Source: Camelus ferus (taxonomy: Eukaryota). From it: 64,000 bases of DNA. The first letter of the stretch is position 1, and each line of letters begins with the position of its first letter. The notes under the pieces are model-generated. The model was not told where the DNA came from. It searched no databases and worked only from the letters and a program-made list of their open reading frames with translations. The position numbers and the translations under genes were made by a program. Below are positions 50,626-63,965 of the stretch, piece by piece. The stretch is taken from assembly GCF_009834535.1 (NCBI RefSeq), contig NC_045697.1, positions 24,740,001 to 24,804,000 of the forward strand, read 5' to 3'.

Positions 50626-51054
50626 TTTGTTTACATGCAGGTGGGAAGTGTTTCAAACTCATTTTTATGTAATTAATCAGTCATATAACAGTGAGAAAAA
50701 CTGTAATTAGTGGCATCTAAAAAGTAATGATTAGTAAGGCATCTTTTGTACTATTTGAAATAATCTGTTAACCTTAAAGTTAGTTTGGTTCAGAGAGTAG
50801 AACATAGCTACAAAAATTGTGAAAATGAATTTTAGTAGCTTATGTATACTTAACATTAGTTTTAGAAACTTAACTTCCAAAAAATATTAAATAATATATG
50901 AAAACAGAATATAAAATATATTTATATTTTCAAATTGTACCTGTAGTAGACATTGCTTTTCTTTTTTTCCTACTCCTACCCCCAATTCTGAACTTGCTAG
51001 TGTTTTGGAAATACTTTATAGTATTTATTCTTACTACTATCTTTTTTTATCTTC

Positions 51055-51325
51055 ATGGGCCTATCTCTCTAGCAGAATTCCCTTATAAGATGGGAGCTGG
51101 GTTCTATGAGAACAGAAGCAGAGGTATCAGAACTCTTAAGGTCTAGGAGTGGAATTTGCACAACTTCACCACCTTTGCAATCTGTAAGTCAAAGCAAGTC
51201 ATAAGGCCAGTCTGTGTTCATGGGGAGGGAAAATGGACTATACTTCTTGATGCAAAGAGTGGAATCTAGGTATAGGGAAAGAAGGAATTGCTGTTAAATA
51301 TCTTTTGAGACTATCTTCCAGGACA
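51055..51325 (-). mobile_element. MaLR LTR fragment (older MLT1)
   Basis: 'gtcaaagcaagtcataaggccagtctg...ggggagggaaaatggactatacttcttgatg'. Confidence 0.7.
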
Positions 51326-52344
51326 CCTAATAAATTATGCATCTGCATATGTGTTCTGTGTGTGTGTGTGTGTGTGTAAAACATGATTGAGCATAATCAT
51401 GTACTAGGAATTGCTCTGGGTATCTGAGATGTAGATACGAACAAATCAGGCATTTATCTTATCGTCATGAATCCAGTGGAAGAGACAGTTTATAATTAAG
51501 AAGAAATAAAAAATAAACAAATATGAGGGGGTATAATTATGGAAGAAGAAAAATACAGGACTTGTGCTAGAAAAGTTGATCAAGAAAAATCTTTAGGGAG
51601 AGATATTTGAGAAGCAATCTGTTTAAGTTAATGAAAAGCTCTTTCTAATTTTTGCAATATGATGAATTGAAATATACTAGGATTGTAAAAAGAGAACCTC
51701 AGGAAAAAGGAAGGGAACTAATCTGGGCTCGATTAGTTAAGTGGCTTAGTTAGTGCTAAAGGCAATAAGAAGCCAATTAGTATTAAAATACTAATTTTAA
51801 TCCTATGGCATCCTATGGCATAAAGTTATGAAATAGCAAATAAAGTATTGCTAATGGGCACATAGAATGAACTGTCCATTAAAGGCAAACCTCTGGGGCA
51901 CAAGTGTTTGTTGGCTGCCATAGAGAATAAAGGGTACCAGGTATTCAAGGACTGTGGATTTGAGGGGCTACTTGTAAAAGATAAACACAGCTTTGAAAGT
52001 ATTGTGGACTGAAGCCTTGAGACATGTTATATCTGTGCTAAAATAGTCTTCTATCTCTTGCAGCTACAGGGCTGATTAACAAAAATCCAAATGCATAATT
52101 TGTTCCTACCGATGGGTGACTATCATCAATTGAACTCACAGTCTTACCAGATGTTTAATGTAATAGGATATACACTGTGAAATACTGGGAAATAGTCTTA
52201 AAATCAGAATCATGTATTTGAAAGATCCCAAAGACTTTGCTTATCCACACTCCAACTCATCCTCTTATCCCTGAAAAGTAATCATTTATTATCTATTTGA
52301 TCAGCCTGTTTCTGCCTTTCTAGAAAATCCTTTAAAACCTATAC

Positions 52345-52460
52345 TTAAGTATCCACCTAAGAGACAGATTTAATTAGTTTGAGGTGTGGCCTTGTCATCA
52401 ATAATTTTTATAAGCTCCCCAGGTAATTATAATGTGCAGCCAAAGTTGGGATTCACTAAC
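52345..52460. mobile_element. MER5-type hAT-Charlie fragment
   Basis: 'gatttaattagtttgaggtgtggcc...tttttataagctccccaggtaattataatgtgcagccaaagttggga'. Confidence 0.75.
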
Positions 52461-52699
52461 TCAGAGAGAGTTTTCTGGTTTTTGTTTTTGTTTCTGTGTT
52501 TTTCCCTTAATGAGCAAACTGGAACAGCTGGGAGTGGTTTTAATTGTTTGCTTGGTTGGTTGACTGAAACCTAGATTCACCTATGGCACCAAGCAAATTA
52601 GATGAGATGCCAAACATTCCTTGATATTAGTAAAGGGAAGAATCCAAAGAGTGTGAGATGACATGTATATGACATGTTCAACTATTTCTCAAATAAATA

Positions 52700-52850
52700 A
52701 CTTTTTGTAAGTCATCGCATTTCCTCTTTATAAAATGGGTTTTTAACAGTATTTTTCTCATAGGATTATTGTGAGAAACAAGTAAGTTAATATCATTAAA
52801 AAGCTGAGAAATGTCCTAGTACATATTTAGCTATATATAACTGTATCAGC
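52700..52850 (+). mobile_element. MIR SINE 3' half
   Basis: 'tttcctctttataaaatggg...ctcataggattattgtgaga'. Confidence 0.75.
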
Positions 52851-53603
52851 AATAATCATGCTGTTACTTATAATGATTATGATGACAAATCACAAGAAGG
52901 AAAGTGAACAAATCTTTGTGAAGACCCCAAGAAATATACAGAGGAGGGATGTAATAACATTTGGGAAGTATTTTAGACCAGAGATTTCAGTGGATATGAA
53001 ATTAAATCCTTAGATGTTAAAAGGAAAGTAATAATGTTTACTTGCTAGAAGTATTATTTGAACAATTATCATAATAGGCAAGAGAGACAGTAGAGTAAAC
53101 TAAAATTATGACTTACACTGATTTTTGGTTTGGGGTATTTTCTCATGTAATCAGAATAAAATAGATGGACAGTCTAATAAGGTCCTACATTACTTTTAAA
53201 AACAGGCAAACAAAAATCAGGTTGGAGAGTAAACAAGGCTTTGAGCCACCATGGTAGAGGACCATGGCTGCCACTCAATTCCAAGATCCAATCCCAGCCA
53301 GTTTACAAATAAAGAATGATTTGAATGATGATGACTTACAGCTATTTACTAGGTTTTACTGTAAACTATGGATGGAAAATACTCCAGTCTTTCCTGAAAA
53401 CTGATATTGATTCCTGGGGATCCAAAGGCTACTACTTGCTACATTCCATTGGTTAAACTGAAGAATTATGACAATCAGGACTAATGGAACACCAACCAAT
53501 CTTGTTTTAATAATTCCTGAGAACATATTTGAAATGGTTATGTCCAGCAAATAGAGGTTTGTGTCCCACTGACTTTCTGGACCCTTCAAAAATTTGTCTT
53601 TGT

Positions 53604-55109
53604 ACTCCCTGACTTCAGATTATGATACAAAGCTACAGTAATTAAAATAGCATGGTATTTTAAAACACACACACAGATCAATGGAACAGAATAGAGAGCC
53701 CATAAATAAACTCATGCACTTACGGTTAATTGATCCTCAATAAAGGAGGCAAGAATATACAATGGAGAAAAGATGGTCTCTTCAATAAGTGGTGCTGAGA
53801 AAACTGGACAGCTACATATAAAAGAATGAAATTAGAACATTCTCTAACACCATATAGAAAAATAAACTCAAAATGGATTAAAGACCTAAACATAAGATTA
53901 GATCCCATAAAACTCCTAGAGGAAAACATAGGCAGAACACTCTGACATAAATTGTAGCAATGTTTTTCTGGATACTTATCCTAAAACAAAGGAAATAAAA
54001 GCAAGCATAAGTAGATGAGACCCAATTAAACTAACAAGCTTTTGCACAGCAAAGGAAACCACTGACAAAACGAAAAGACAATCTACTGAATGGGGGAAAA
54101 TATGTGCAAGTGATATGACTGATAAGGGGTTAATATTCAACATATATAAACAGCTCATACAACATCAAAAAAAAACTGATTTTAAAAATGGGCAGAAGAA
54201 CTAAACAGACATTTACAATAGACTCTTTTCCAAAGAGGAAATGCAGAGGGCCAACAGGCACATAAAAAGATGCTCAACAGCTGTAATTATTACAGAAATG
54301 CAAATCAAAACCACAACATCACCTCACACCTGTCAGAATGGCTATCATCTGCAAGAACACAAATAACAAATGTCGGCGATGGTATGGAGAAGAGGGAACC
54401 CTCTTACACTATTGGCGGGAATGTAAATTGGTGCAGCCACTGTGGCAAACAGTATGGAAGTTTCTCAAAAAACTAAAAATAGAACTACCATGTGACCCAG
54501 CAATTCCACTCCTAGGTATATATCTAAAAACAAAAACAAAAACAAAAACATTGATCGGAAAAGATGCATGCACTCTAATGTTCATAGTGACACTATTTAC
54601 AATTGCCAAGATAAGAAATCGACAGATGAATGGATAAGGAAGATGTGATATATTTATACAACAGAATACCACTTAGCCATAAAAAGAATGAAATTTTGCC
54701 ATTTGTAGTAACACAAATGGACCTGGAGGGCATTATGCTAAGTGAAATAAGACAGACAGAAAAGGACAGATACTGTATATCACTTATATGTATAATCACT
54801 TATATGTGTAAAAATACAACAAACTAGTGAATATAACAATGAAGAAGCAGACTCACAGATATAGAGAACAAACTAGTAGTTACTAGTAGGGAGAGGGAGG
54901 GATGGGCAATATAGTATAGGAGCAGGGGATTGAGAGGTACAAACTATTAGGTTTAAAATAAGCTATAAAGATATATTGTACAACATGGGGAATATGGCAA
55001 ATTTTCTATAACAAGTAAAAATAGAGCATAACCTTTAAAAATTGTGAACCACTATATTGTACACCTGTAACTTACATATTATATTTAAATATACTTCGAT
55101 TTAAAAAAA
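53604..55109 (+). mobile_element. 5'-truncated L1 (~1.5 kb, ORF2 3' part + 3' UTR)
   Basis: Starts at the LPDF-like 'ctccctgacttcaga'. ORF 54338..54637 reads '[42 protein letters not shown]'. A degenerate TSD is visible: aaaaatttgtctttgt / aaaaagttatgtttgt. Confidence 0.95.
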
Positions 55110-55899
55110 GTTATGTTTGTAAAAGAAAGAGCAAGAGGAAGATTGTCAATTGGCTGATGAAAATTTGAGGGGAAAAAGTAAAATTACCTTTTTCATGGAC
55201 ACAGGAATGAAAATACTTACCTATTTGAACGATTACAAGAGACCCCAGTAGAGAGGGACAAAATGACCTTTCTGTGTATGCAAGTCAGCCTTCTTCCACA
55301 GCTATCTCATTTTTGCTCAATGAATTCAATAATGATGCAATTATAGTGATACAGGTGGAGGTTTTGGAAGAGCTGGAAGGCATGCATTCTTTACATAAGG
55401 TAAAACTGGTTATCACCTTTAAAGGGACCTACTTTTCTAGCAGCAGTGACTAAAGTAAAGCAGGCAATGAAATATTATATTCCTCTACAAGGAAATGGCA
55501 GATTGATCACCCTTTTCTATCATAAAGAGACTTTTTCATTCTGCATGTTGTCATGTGTGGTATACTTTTTATGTTATCCTGATAACCCATCCAACCACAC
55601 CACTGAAAAGGAAAGTAACGTCAGTGAAATAATTAAGGCCATAGCTTATGCCCACGGAAAGCACTGTTCTTCTCATGTTCCAGTTCATAGAGTGAGGCTA
55701 ACTCATGAAAAAGATGGGATGTTCTATTTAGGATTCAATGTAGGTTTGGGGTGCTGTCCTTCAGGATGCTCTGGGCAAACAGGTGCTGCTTTCCCCTTGT
55801 TTCAAATACCCGAGTACATAACAAAAGGAGTGGAAATGAAGAAAAACATGTCATGACTTTCTCTAATGATCCTTTCTCAAAATTACTGTCTCCTTTCCC

Positions 55900-56035
55900 A
55901 GAATCCAGAGATGCTATTGAGTTAACTGTTTTAGTAATTAAGGGAGGAATGCTTCCCACGGGAGACAATACTGTTCCGATTAATTTGGAAGGTAAGATTC
56001 CACCCAGGTCTTTTGGGCTTCTCATCTCTTGAATA
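55900..56035 (+). pseudogene. ERVL dUTPase remnant
   Basis: 'IELTVLVIKGGMLPTGDNTVPINLEGKIPPRSFGLL' resembles the ERV-L dUTPase N-terminus (LEVLVPKGGMLPPGDT..IPLNWKLRLPPGHFGLL, recalled). Confidence 0.75.
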
Positions 56036-57479
56036 TACAGAAGAAAAAAAGGCAGGGAGGGGGATGGACTGGCGATGTGTCAGGTGACTGAATCTGGCTA
56101 AAATCGGGGATAGGGTATGACTAAAACAGTAGCAGGAAGCAGTATAAAAAGATCAAAAAGGACACTCTTTGGTCTTCCATCATTCTGCCAATGACCAGTG
56201 TACAATTTTATGGGAAGACTCCTCAACCATACACTAACATGAGGTCTCAGGAATGAAAGTTTGTGTCACTGCACTAGGGGAGTAACTGCAGCCCCATGGG
56301 TGTTACTTGGAAATGAAAGGCTTGTAGGAAGGTTTGAGAAGTTCAGTGTCACAACGAAAAGCTGCGATCAAATGCAGAAATGGAAAAGGAGTACATGTCA
56401 TCAAAAAATCTGGAACATGGAAATGGACACAGTATTTGCTGAAATTTTAGGTATTCTCCTTTTGAAGAAGGAGGGGGTGGTGAGTAAACACATGTTGGGT
56501 GGGGTGTAGTAGTATGTTATGGACAATAAATTTTATTTTTTTTTTTATTTTTGAAGTGTCGTTATGGGAAGAAGGATGTATTTGGAATTTGAAGGTGGAA
56601 ATGGAATGAAATCAACTGGATCCTGCTATAGTTTTCTCTGTGGGTTTAAACTTTCTGCAAGTGCTGTACTTTTCAGCAGTTCTCCAGAGAATGAGTATTG
56701 GTGGAAGGGAAGGCCTATCTTCTACTACGACGGTGGGAAGTCCAAAAGACTCTCCCAGCCACACCTCCACATGCACACACCACTACAGATTCAAAAGAGC
56801 TACATGCAAATAATCAACTCAATTGCTTGATCTTATTCAAGATTTTTAACTGAATGAATAATTTAAAGAAGCAGGCTCCAAGAATAATTCCATCCAGCGG
56901 AAGTACAATAGTGGCATAACCAGGATCCAGCAATGGAAGTTAGCAGGAGATGAGGTGCCACTAGTGGAGGCAAGGCTTCCCACAAGATTGGTTCCTTAAG
57001 TGACATTGACTGTGGTTTCTCTCACCCAGAACCCTGAGGCTTTGGCTTATTTTTGTATATTTTATCCTCCTAGTTATTCTCAAACTTACCCAATAGTGTC
57101 CAAGAAATCACTAATATGCTTCAAATAATTGGAGTGAAAATCTGAGATCTGACACAAATTTGTTGGTTAATGTGTATGTGTACAAGGCTGAAATGAATTA
57201 TCATGTTGGTAAACGATATTTACAAAAGTGAAGCTTGGCCAGAATGCTAAAATACTTAAACTGTGATTAATTTAAGAGATCACACAATGGGACTTTTTTT
57301 TTGCTTGCCGAAGAAACAGCTAAAGCTTGGAAGTAATGACATTAACTTGAAACAAATAACTTACAATAACATATTAAAATTTTACCATGTAATAAGCAGA
57401 CACCTTGTTAAATACTCTGAATACATAACCTCATTTAATTCTAAATTATATATCGAGGAAAGTAGTATCTTCATATAGA

Positions 57480-60072
57480 ATTTTGCTGCATTTTGGATTA
57501 TTTTTTGATTGGATATTCTTCATTGGTTTATCAGCTGCAACATTTCCTTGTGCTGTTTTGTTAGATGCATTAGAATTTATGCTATTCACCTTTAATTTGG
57601 TTATCATAGTCTCCCATCAATGATAGTTTAGCACTTCACGTAAAGCGTGACAACCTTATGTCATGAAAGTTTGAGACTTTCACTTGTTTTTTAAGCTCTG
57701 TTAAGTGAGGCAGTAGTGTATTCCCATTTCCCTTCTCTGGACTTTTGTGCTATTGTTATACATTTTATATATACATGTTATCAATCCCATATTATATTCT
57801 TACTTATACTTTTAAAAATTAATGATTTTTGAAAGGGATTTAAATATTAAGAAAAAGATCATATTTACTCATTTCTGGTGCTCTTCACTGCTTTTTGTAG
57901 ATCCAGACACCATCTTTCATCATTTTCTTTCTGCCTGTAGGATTGCAGTGAACATTTCTTGTAGGTGGAACTACAACTTATAAATTCTTTCAATTTTGTT
58001 TGTCAGAATAGGTCCCTGCCTCATTTTTAAAAGATAATTTCACTGGTGTAGAACTCTGGATTGGCATCCTTTAAAAATCTTGACCTACTGCACTAAAACA
58101 ATTTAACCTAGCTCAAAGAGAAGTCTGTCTGTCAGCTCCTAGAAGGTAATCTCTAAACCCTTGGAATATCCTTCCTGGTAAGAGTGTCTTTTTTTTCACT
58201 TAGGCATTTGGGGCCATGCCAAAGTCTAACAATGTGATTTAAGGTGGAGGCTTTGGGTCACACAGTATCAGCCTTGACCTCTGGAGGCTGTTAGCCATGT
58301 CCACATGACCAAGTACCAACAAAATCTCTGAGCACCAAGGTGCTGAAAGCTTTTCCGTTTGGCAATAGTTTGCCTATTGTCACATATCATTGCCTGGAAA
58401 GTTAATGCTGTCTGAAAATCTACTGGGAGAAGGCAATTGGAATTTCCAAGTGTAGAACTTTCCTGACTCTGTCTCATAAATGTCTTCATTAGCTGATTTT
58501 AATCCGTATCCTTTTGTTGTAAGAAATAGTAACTGTGAGTATAACAGGTTTTAGTGAGTTTTGTGAGTCTTTGAGTAAATTATCAACTGAAGATCATCTT
58601 GGGGGCCCCACACTTAACACTGGTGTCAGAAATGAGAGCAATATTGTAGGAGGTTCCCAAACTCTACAACAGTCTTTTGGTTTGCATTGCCGCTAATGAA
58701 AATTTGCTGTCATTCTTACCTTTTATCCTTTGCACATCATGTACCTTTTTCCTTTCAAGGTTTCCTTTTTGCTTTTAAGATTTTCTCTCTTTTGCTGGTT
58801 GTAAGCAATTCAATTGTGCATTTTTTAATCTATATTTCTTGTGGTTGGGTTTAATTAACTTCTTTGATATATGAATTTATAGTTTCAACACATTTGGTTA
58901 ATTTTTAGCCATTATTATAAAATAAATTTTTTCTGCTCCCCCTTCTTCAAGAATTCTAATTGTATATATAATAAGCCACTTGGAGTTGTCCCACAACTAA
59001 CTGATGCTCTGTTGATTTTTTTTAACATACTTTCTGCTCTCTGTATTTCATTTTGGATAATTTTTATTGCTGTTTATTCAAGTTCATTGGCCTTTCCTTA
59101 TGTAATGTCTAATCTGCTGTTAATCTCATGCTGTATAATTTTATTTCAAATATTGTAATTTTTATCTCTAGAAATTTCACTTTAATCTTTCTTATATGTT
59201 CCTACTCTCTACTTCATATGATCATTTTTTTTTCATTTAGCTTCTAGAACATATACAATTCAGTTGTATAACTGTTTTAATGTCTTTATTAATGAATTTA
59301 ACCATCTCTTTCAATTCTGAGTCAGTTTTGATTGCTTATTTTCCTTTTCCTCACAGGTCACAATTTCTACTTTCTTGTATAACTAGTAATTTTTGTTCAG
59401 TGTCAGACATTGTATTTTACCTTTACATACACATAATACTTTTGGTTTCTTATGAAAATCCTCAAGTTTTTGCTCTGGGATTCAGCTAGTAACTTGGAAC
59501 TAGTCTGATCCTGTTACTTGTTGTTTTTAAGCCTTGTTAGATGGGAAAAGATTAATGTTTCAGGTAGGATAATTTTATCCAAATCTTGAGTGAAAACAAT
59601 TCTAAATAGTCTACCAGATGCCCCATTTCTTATGAGGATTTCCACTGTGGCTGGCTGTAATGGGAACTACTCCAGGCCCTTTATAGTACAAGGAAGAGTA
59701 ATGCTGATCCTCCTGAAGACTCAAACCAGACCCAGTGAGGATTTTCAGGACTTTTTCTCTGTGCCACTTTCTTTTCTTCAGTGATTTCCTCTGTAAATCC
59801 CAACAGCTCTGGACTTCCAAAAACAAAGCCTCTTCTCCTCTCCTCGAGGAGGATTTTCCTAGGCTCCTCTCCCTGTGCCGCAGCCTGGAAGCCCCATCCA
59901 AGCGGTGAATTGAAAACATCACAGTGCTCATCTCATTTTGTTCCCATTTCTCAGGGACCATTGTCTTTTGTTGCCTAATTTCCAGTATGTTTAATGTATT
60001 GTGTGTGTTTTTTAGTGGTTTGAGGCGGGAAGGTAAATCCAGTCCCTGTTATTCCGTTTTGACCAGAAGCAA
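57480..60072 (-). mobile_element. Old L1 5' region/ORF1 (L1MC/L1MD-like)
   Basis: T-rich strand with motifs 'ttttaaaagataatttcactggtgtagaactctggattggca', 'ttcattttggataatttttattgct', and the terminal 'tccagtccctgttattccgttttgaccagaagc'. Confidence 0.8.
58085..58671 (+). mobile_element. MER21-like LTR inserted in the L1
   Basis: 'ggtaatctctaaacccttggaatatccttcctggtaagagtgtctt' and 'aactgtgagtataacaggttttagtgagttttgtgagtc...tggtgtcagaaatgag'. Confidence 0.8.
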
Positions 60073-62714
60073 AAGGCCCCCCAATTTAACATATACTTTT
60101 GCGTACCATTTGTACATATTTTAAGGATGAGTTACCAATAGGTTGAATAGCTTATCCAAAATTACAGCACTAGAAAGAGGCTACGAGGGTTCAAACCCAG
60201 GCTATTTGACTCTACATTCTTAATGTTCTGTTTCTTAATGCTTTGTTTTCAAAGACAGTACAATAAATTTCAGAGACTTTATTAAAATCAAAACTGTTGT
60301 TAAATATCATGATGTTTTTCCCTCTAGATTACATCATTTTTACACTCTAAAATAACTTTACCAGGTTTTTTTTTTTAATGACACTTCAAAATAAAGATGC
60401 TATTTGATGAAATTTGCCTCGTATTCACTGCAAGGCATAATGTGCATTCAGGATTAAAATTGTTAATTCACCTACTACAATTACCGCAGTGGAACAGGAT
60501 CTTCACTGAAGTCAGTATAAATTAAATAACTGGGCCAGTCTATCAAATGTCTACCAGTTTTTCTGTCTGATAGAGGAAATCTAGTAGCCAGGCTAACAAG
60601 CAAATATTTGGCAAGCAGTGCTTTTTCAATAATGAAACTGATAATTAGACTTCTTTCACACAGCTGTAATTGAATAAATCTAATTGCCTCTTTTGCTTAA
60701 CTTTAATGCTAGGTTTCAAACTGTTGTATGGACAGGAAAGCAACATCAGAGGAATTACTCTATATTTGTGGTTTGAACTTAAGCAATAAAGTTAAATGGA
60801 AAAGGCTCCAAACTCAATTTTCAATTATAGCAAAGGCAGGGAGCCACAATTATCCCTTTCATTACCGTGATGCTCTTCACTGCTGCCTGGGCAAAACCTC
60901 TTCACTGTCGTTGTTTGACGCTGCTGTGACTCAAAGTGAAGAGCACTTGAAATCAAAGATTAAAAGTAAGGGACTAAATTAAAGTGAAGTGATATGTGTG
61001 AATGCAAAAATTACATGAAAAAGAAGAAATGGTAAAGAAAAATACATTAAGAAGTGGCTCAACTTCCAGAAGTTCTATTGGGGGTGGGTTGGGTAATGGA
61101 GAAGTTTAAAAATATTTAATTAATCTTTGGTTCAAATTCTAATGTAATAATACTGTAACTTAACTATTTAACAGTTAGAAATCTTCAAATAAGGGTTGTC
61201 CATTTAAATTAGAATATTTTCATCAATTTTTGATAAACATCTAATATTTTTTACATTATGATACTTGCATGTAGTTTGCAAAGAATTGATTCCAAGAGCC
61301 TTTAATTAACCATTATTAGACTTTTTCTTCAGTCAATTGTTTCATTGTCCAATTCCATACGTTTAGAATGAGTTATTTTACTTTTTAGCCATATGCCATG
61401 TCAACTTCTTTTTTGTTTTTTTTTTTTTGATAGTTTCTTATTGTAAACTGCTAAATTACTAAGTATTTGATTACATCCCTCTGGAATTTAAAAATCAACA
61501 ATGCCATCTGCAAATCATAATTTTTTTAAGTAGCCACAGAGAAACACAAATTTTAATGATAACATTATTAAAGATCAATCTTGACTCTTGAAAATCCCTT
61601 TCCTAAGAAACCTGACAATTAGATACTTGGCCTACTAGTATATTAAACTGAATGGAGCTAAACGGGGAGACAGAGACACAGACATACACCCACATATACA
61701 CACTTTAATAAGACATTATAAACAAGAATCACTCAAAGCTACCCAAGATTTCTTAGTACACAAACTACAAACAATTGGATTCTAAGAAGTTACAGCAGAT
61801 CCTGTAGAAGAATTTATATTCAAGTCTTATAGAAAACACCGAGTGCAGATTTAGGAAAATAATACTAATTGCATGGTTTTTAAAAGACACACTTCTGTGA
61901 TCATATCTGTATTATATATTTATCTCTGACAGTATATGCACATGCTTGGAACTTTATACTTACTTGCTAAGTATAATTATTCCTTTTAAAATATAATGGG
62001 CATAAACTATAAGGTGAATTAATTAATTGGAAGTAGAACTGGAACACAGAAATTAAGCATTTTAGACTACTAAACTAGTAGTAATCCCAGATAAATTATC
62101 TATTTATTAAAATATTTTTAATATTTTATTAAACAGTTTACATATATTTTGGGGTTTTAGGCAGATACCAATTGTTATGCACTTTAATAAGATGCTCAGA
62201 AATAAGTTTGCTATTTTTCATCAGTAGTTTTAAATTAATATTTTACTTTCATTTTTATATGTAATGTAAGCAAGACTGTTTTACATGAGAATAATTAGCA
62301 ATATGAGATACTTGGCTATCTTCAATAATTTCTATGAAAAATATCAAATTATTCACATTAATTTTTCCTTTCAGATTATACAATTTATTGTTTAATATTA
62401 TTTATTTTAACATGAACATTAATATCTACTTTGTATTATTTGATATTGCTCATTGTTACTTAAATAATAAAAATATGCAAATAACCCATCTTAAGATCAA
62501 AAGCTTTTCCTATAACAACTTAATATTTTCAGACAAAAACTGTGGGAAAATTTGTATTAAACAAATTTCTTTCTTACTCTAAAATAGATGATATTGAGCT
62601 GTCATCTATTATCCATCTAACTTAAAAAATTATGGTTTTCATATAATTCAAAGTTTTTATAAATATGATTTTTCAAACTATTCTACTAAAGATAGCTATA
62701 ATAATATTTTTCTT

Positions 62715-63150
62715 TCCACATGTTCTTTTGCAATAGGACCTTGCCACTCACCCAACAAGAGATAAATCTGAGCAGGTCCACTGACTGCTCTGACCAATAG
62801 AATACAATGGAAATAGAACCATGTCAGTGCTAGGAATAGCCCTTCACTATTTCTGGAACCTCTGCTGCTAATCCTTCATGCCTGGAGCTGCCGTGTACAA
62901 AGTCCAGGCTCTTCTAACCAAAGAAGCCATGGGAAGAGACCCTGAGGAACCACACCTGTTTATGAAGAAGTAATCTTGGATTATAGCCTCTGAATGACTC
63001 AATCCCAAGTTACTATGTAACTGTAGACGTCCTGGAGATCACAAATGAGAACCCAGGAGAGTCCAGAAAATACACAGAATCATGAGAGATAATAATACAT
63101 TATTTTTATAAGCTAATTTGAGGGGGGGATGATGGCATGCAATAGCAGTT
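62715..63150 (+). mobile_element. MaLR LTR (older MLT1)
   Basis: 'tgactgctctgaccaatagaatacaatggaa' and 'cacagaatcatgagagataataa...ataagctaatttgaggg...gcaatag'. Confidence 0.75.
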
Positions 63151-63794
63151 AATGAAAATGGTTCATTTTTGAAACATCTAAAATAATAATAATAATAAAA
63201 AATAATAGTACATTGCGTTTCCTAGAATCTTTTGATGTCTCATAGCATGTTTCTTCACAGTATTATTAGTTTTGTGTGTGTGTATATATATATACACCAC
63301 ATTTATATATATATAGCACATTTCTTTTGCTAACTCAGAATATTCAGAAATCTACTTTAGAGTAAGTGAGCTAAATTGATTTGCATGAAACCAAAGTCTT
63401 CTCACTTTCTGAAGATTAATCTGTTAAAATCCATAGCATTGTGAGAAACAAAAGTAAATATAAGACAAATTAAGCAACCTTCAGGTATGTTTTGTATGTA
63501 TTTTTTCTTAAGCAATATTGATTTGCTATTTTTTTAAGCCATATACTTTATGATGAGAAATGCATTCAAATAAAGCATAATATTACAGTATGAAAGTTAA
63601 CCCAAAACATATTTAGAATATGAGAATTATTAAACCTTATTTTCTAAATAGTTGCACAATGCACAATTATATGGTTAATAGTCCATAACTATTCAATAAT
63701 ATTTAAAATCAGTTGTCATAAAATAGCTAATTTTCTAAAATAGTATTTGTTAAGATACTTGGTGATAAATTCTAGAAAAATGCTGAAGTAGATG

Positions 63795-63965
63795 TTTATT
63801 AATTATCAGTAGCTACATTAAAATTCTGCTCCAAAACTTTGAGGTTTAAACCACAATAAGCATGTAGTGTCTCATAGTTCCTGTGGCTTAGGCATTCGGG
63901 AGCAGCTCATCTAGGAAGCTCTGCTCAGGGTCTCTTATAAAGTTGCACTTAAATGATCAGCAGGG
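63795..63965 (-). mobile_element. MaLR LTR fragment (MLT1)
   Basis: 'tctcatagttcctgtggcttaggcattcgggagcagctca...gctcagggtctctta'. Confidence 0.7.

Larger units (their letters stand above)
51690..56505 (+). mobile_element. Decayed ERVL-type internal region, interrupted by MER5, MIR and L1
   Basis: gag-like 'ttttaattgtttgcttggttggttgactgaaacct' (~52540), protease-like 'LILIPGDPK' (~53400) and a dUTPase-like frame at ~55900-56030. Confidence 0.7.
57360..60220 (-). mobile_element. MIR split by a ~2.6 kb L1 (pieces ~57360-57475 and ~60105-60220)
   Basis: Left 'atacataacctcatttaattct'. Right 'gcttatccaaaattacagcactag...ggttcaaacccaggctatttgactct'. Confidence 0.6.

Noticed and set aside
55446..55856. 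Longest ORF (136 aa) as a domesticated retroviral gene
   Set aside because: It has a non-ATG start and sits in decayed ERVL pol. I see no intact integrase motifs, and the dUTPase-like residues are in a different frame.
56953..56972. CTCF-like 'ggtgccactagtggagg'
   Set aside because: It is one base short in the core relative to GCGCCACCTAGTGG, so the spacing is broken.
56505..57150. 3' LTR of the ERVL element
   Set aside because: The position after a G-rich tract is suggestive, but I could not match it to a 5' LTR or to a known family.
665..62582. The short six-frame ORFs as genes
   Set aside because: All are 136 aa or shorter, compositionally biased and mostly within repeats or microsatellites. 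The only recognisable ones are decayed L1 ORF2 and ERV frames.
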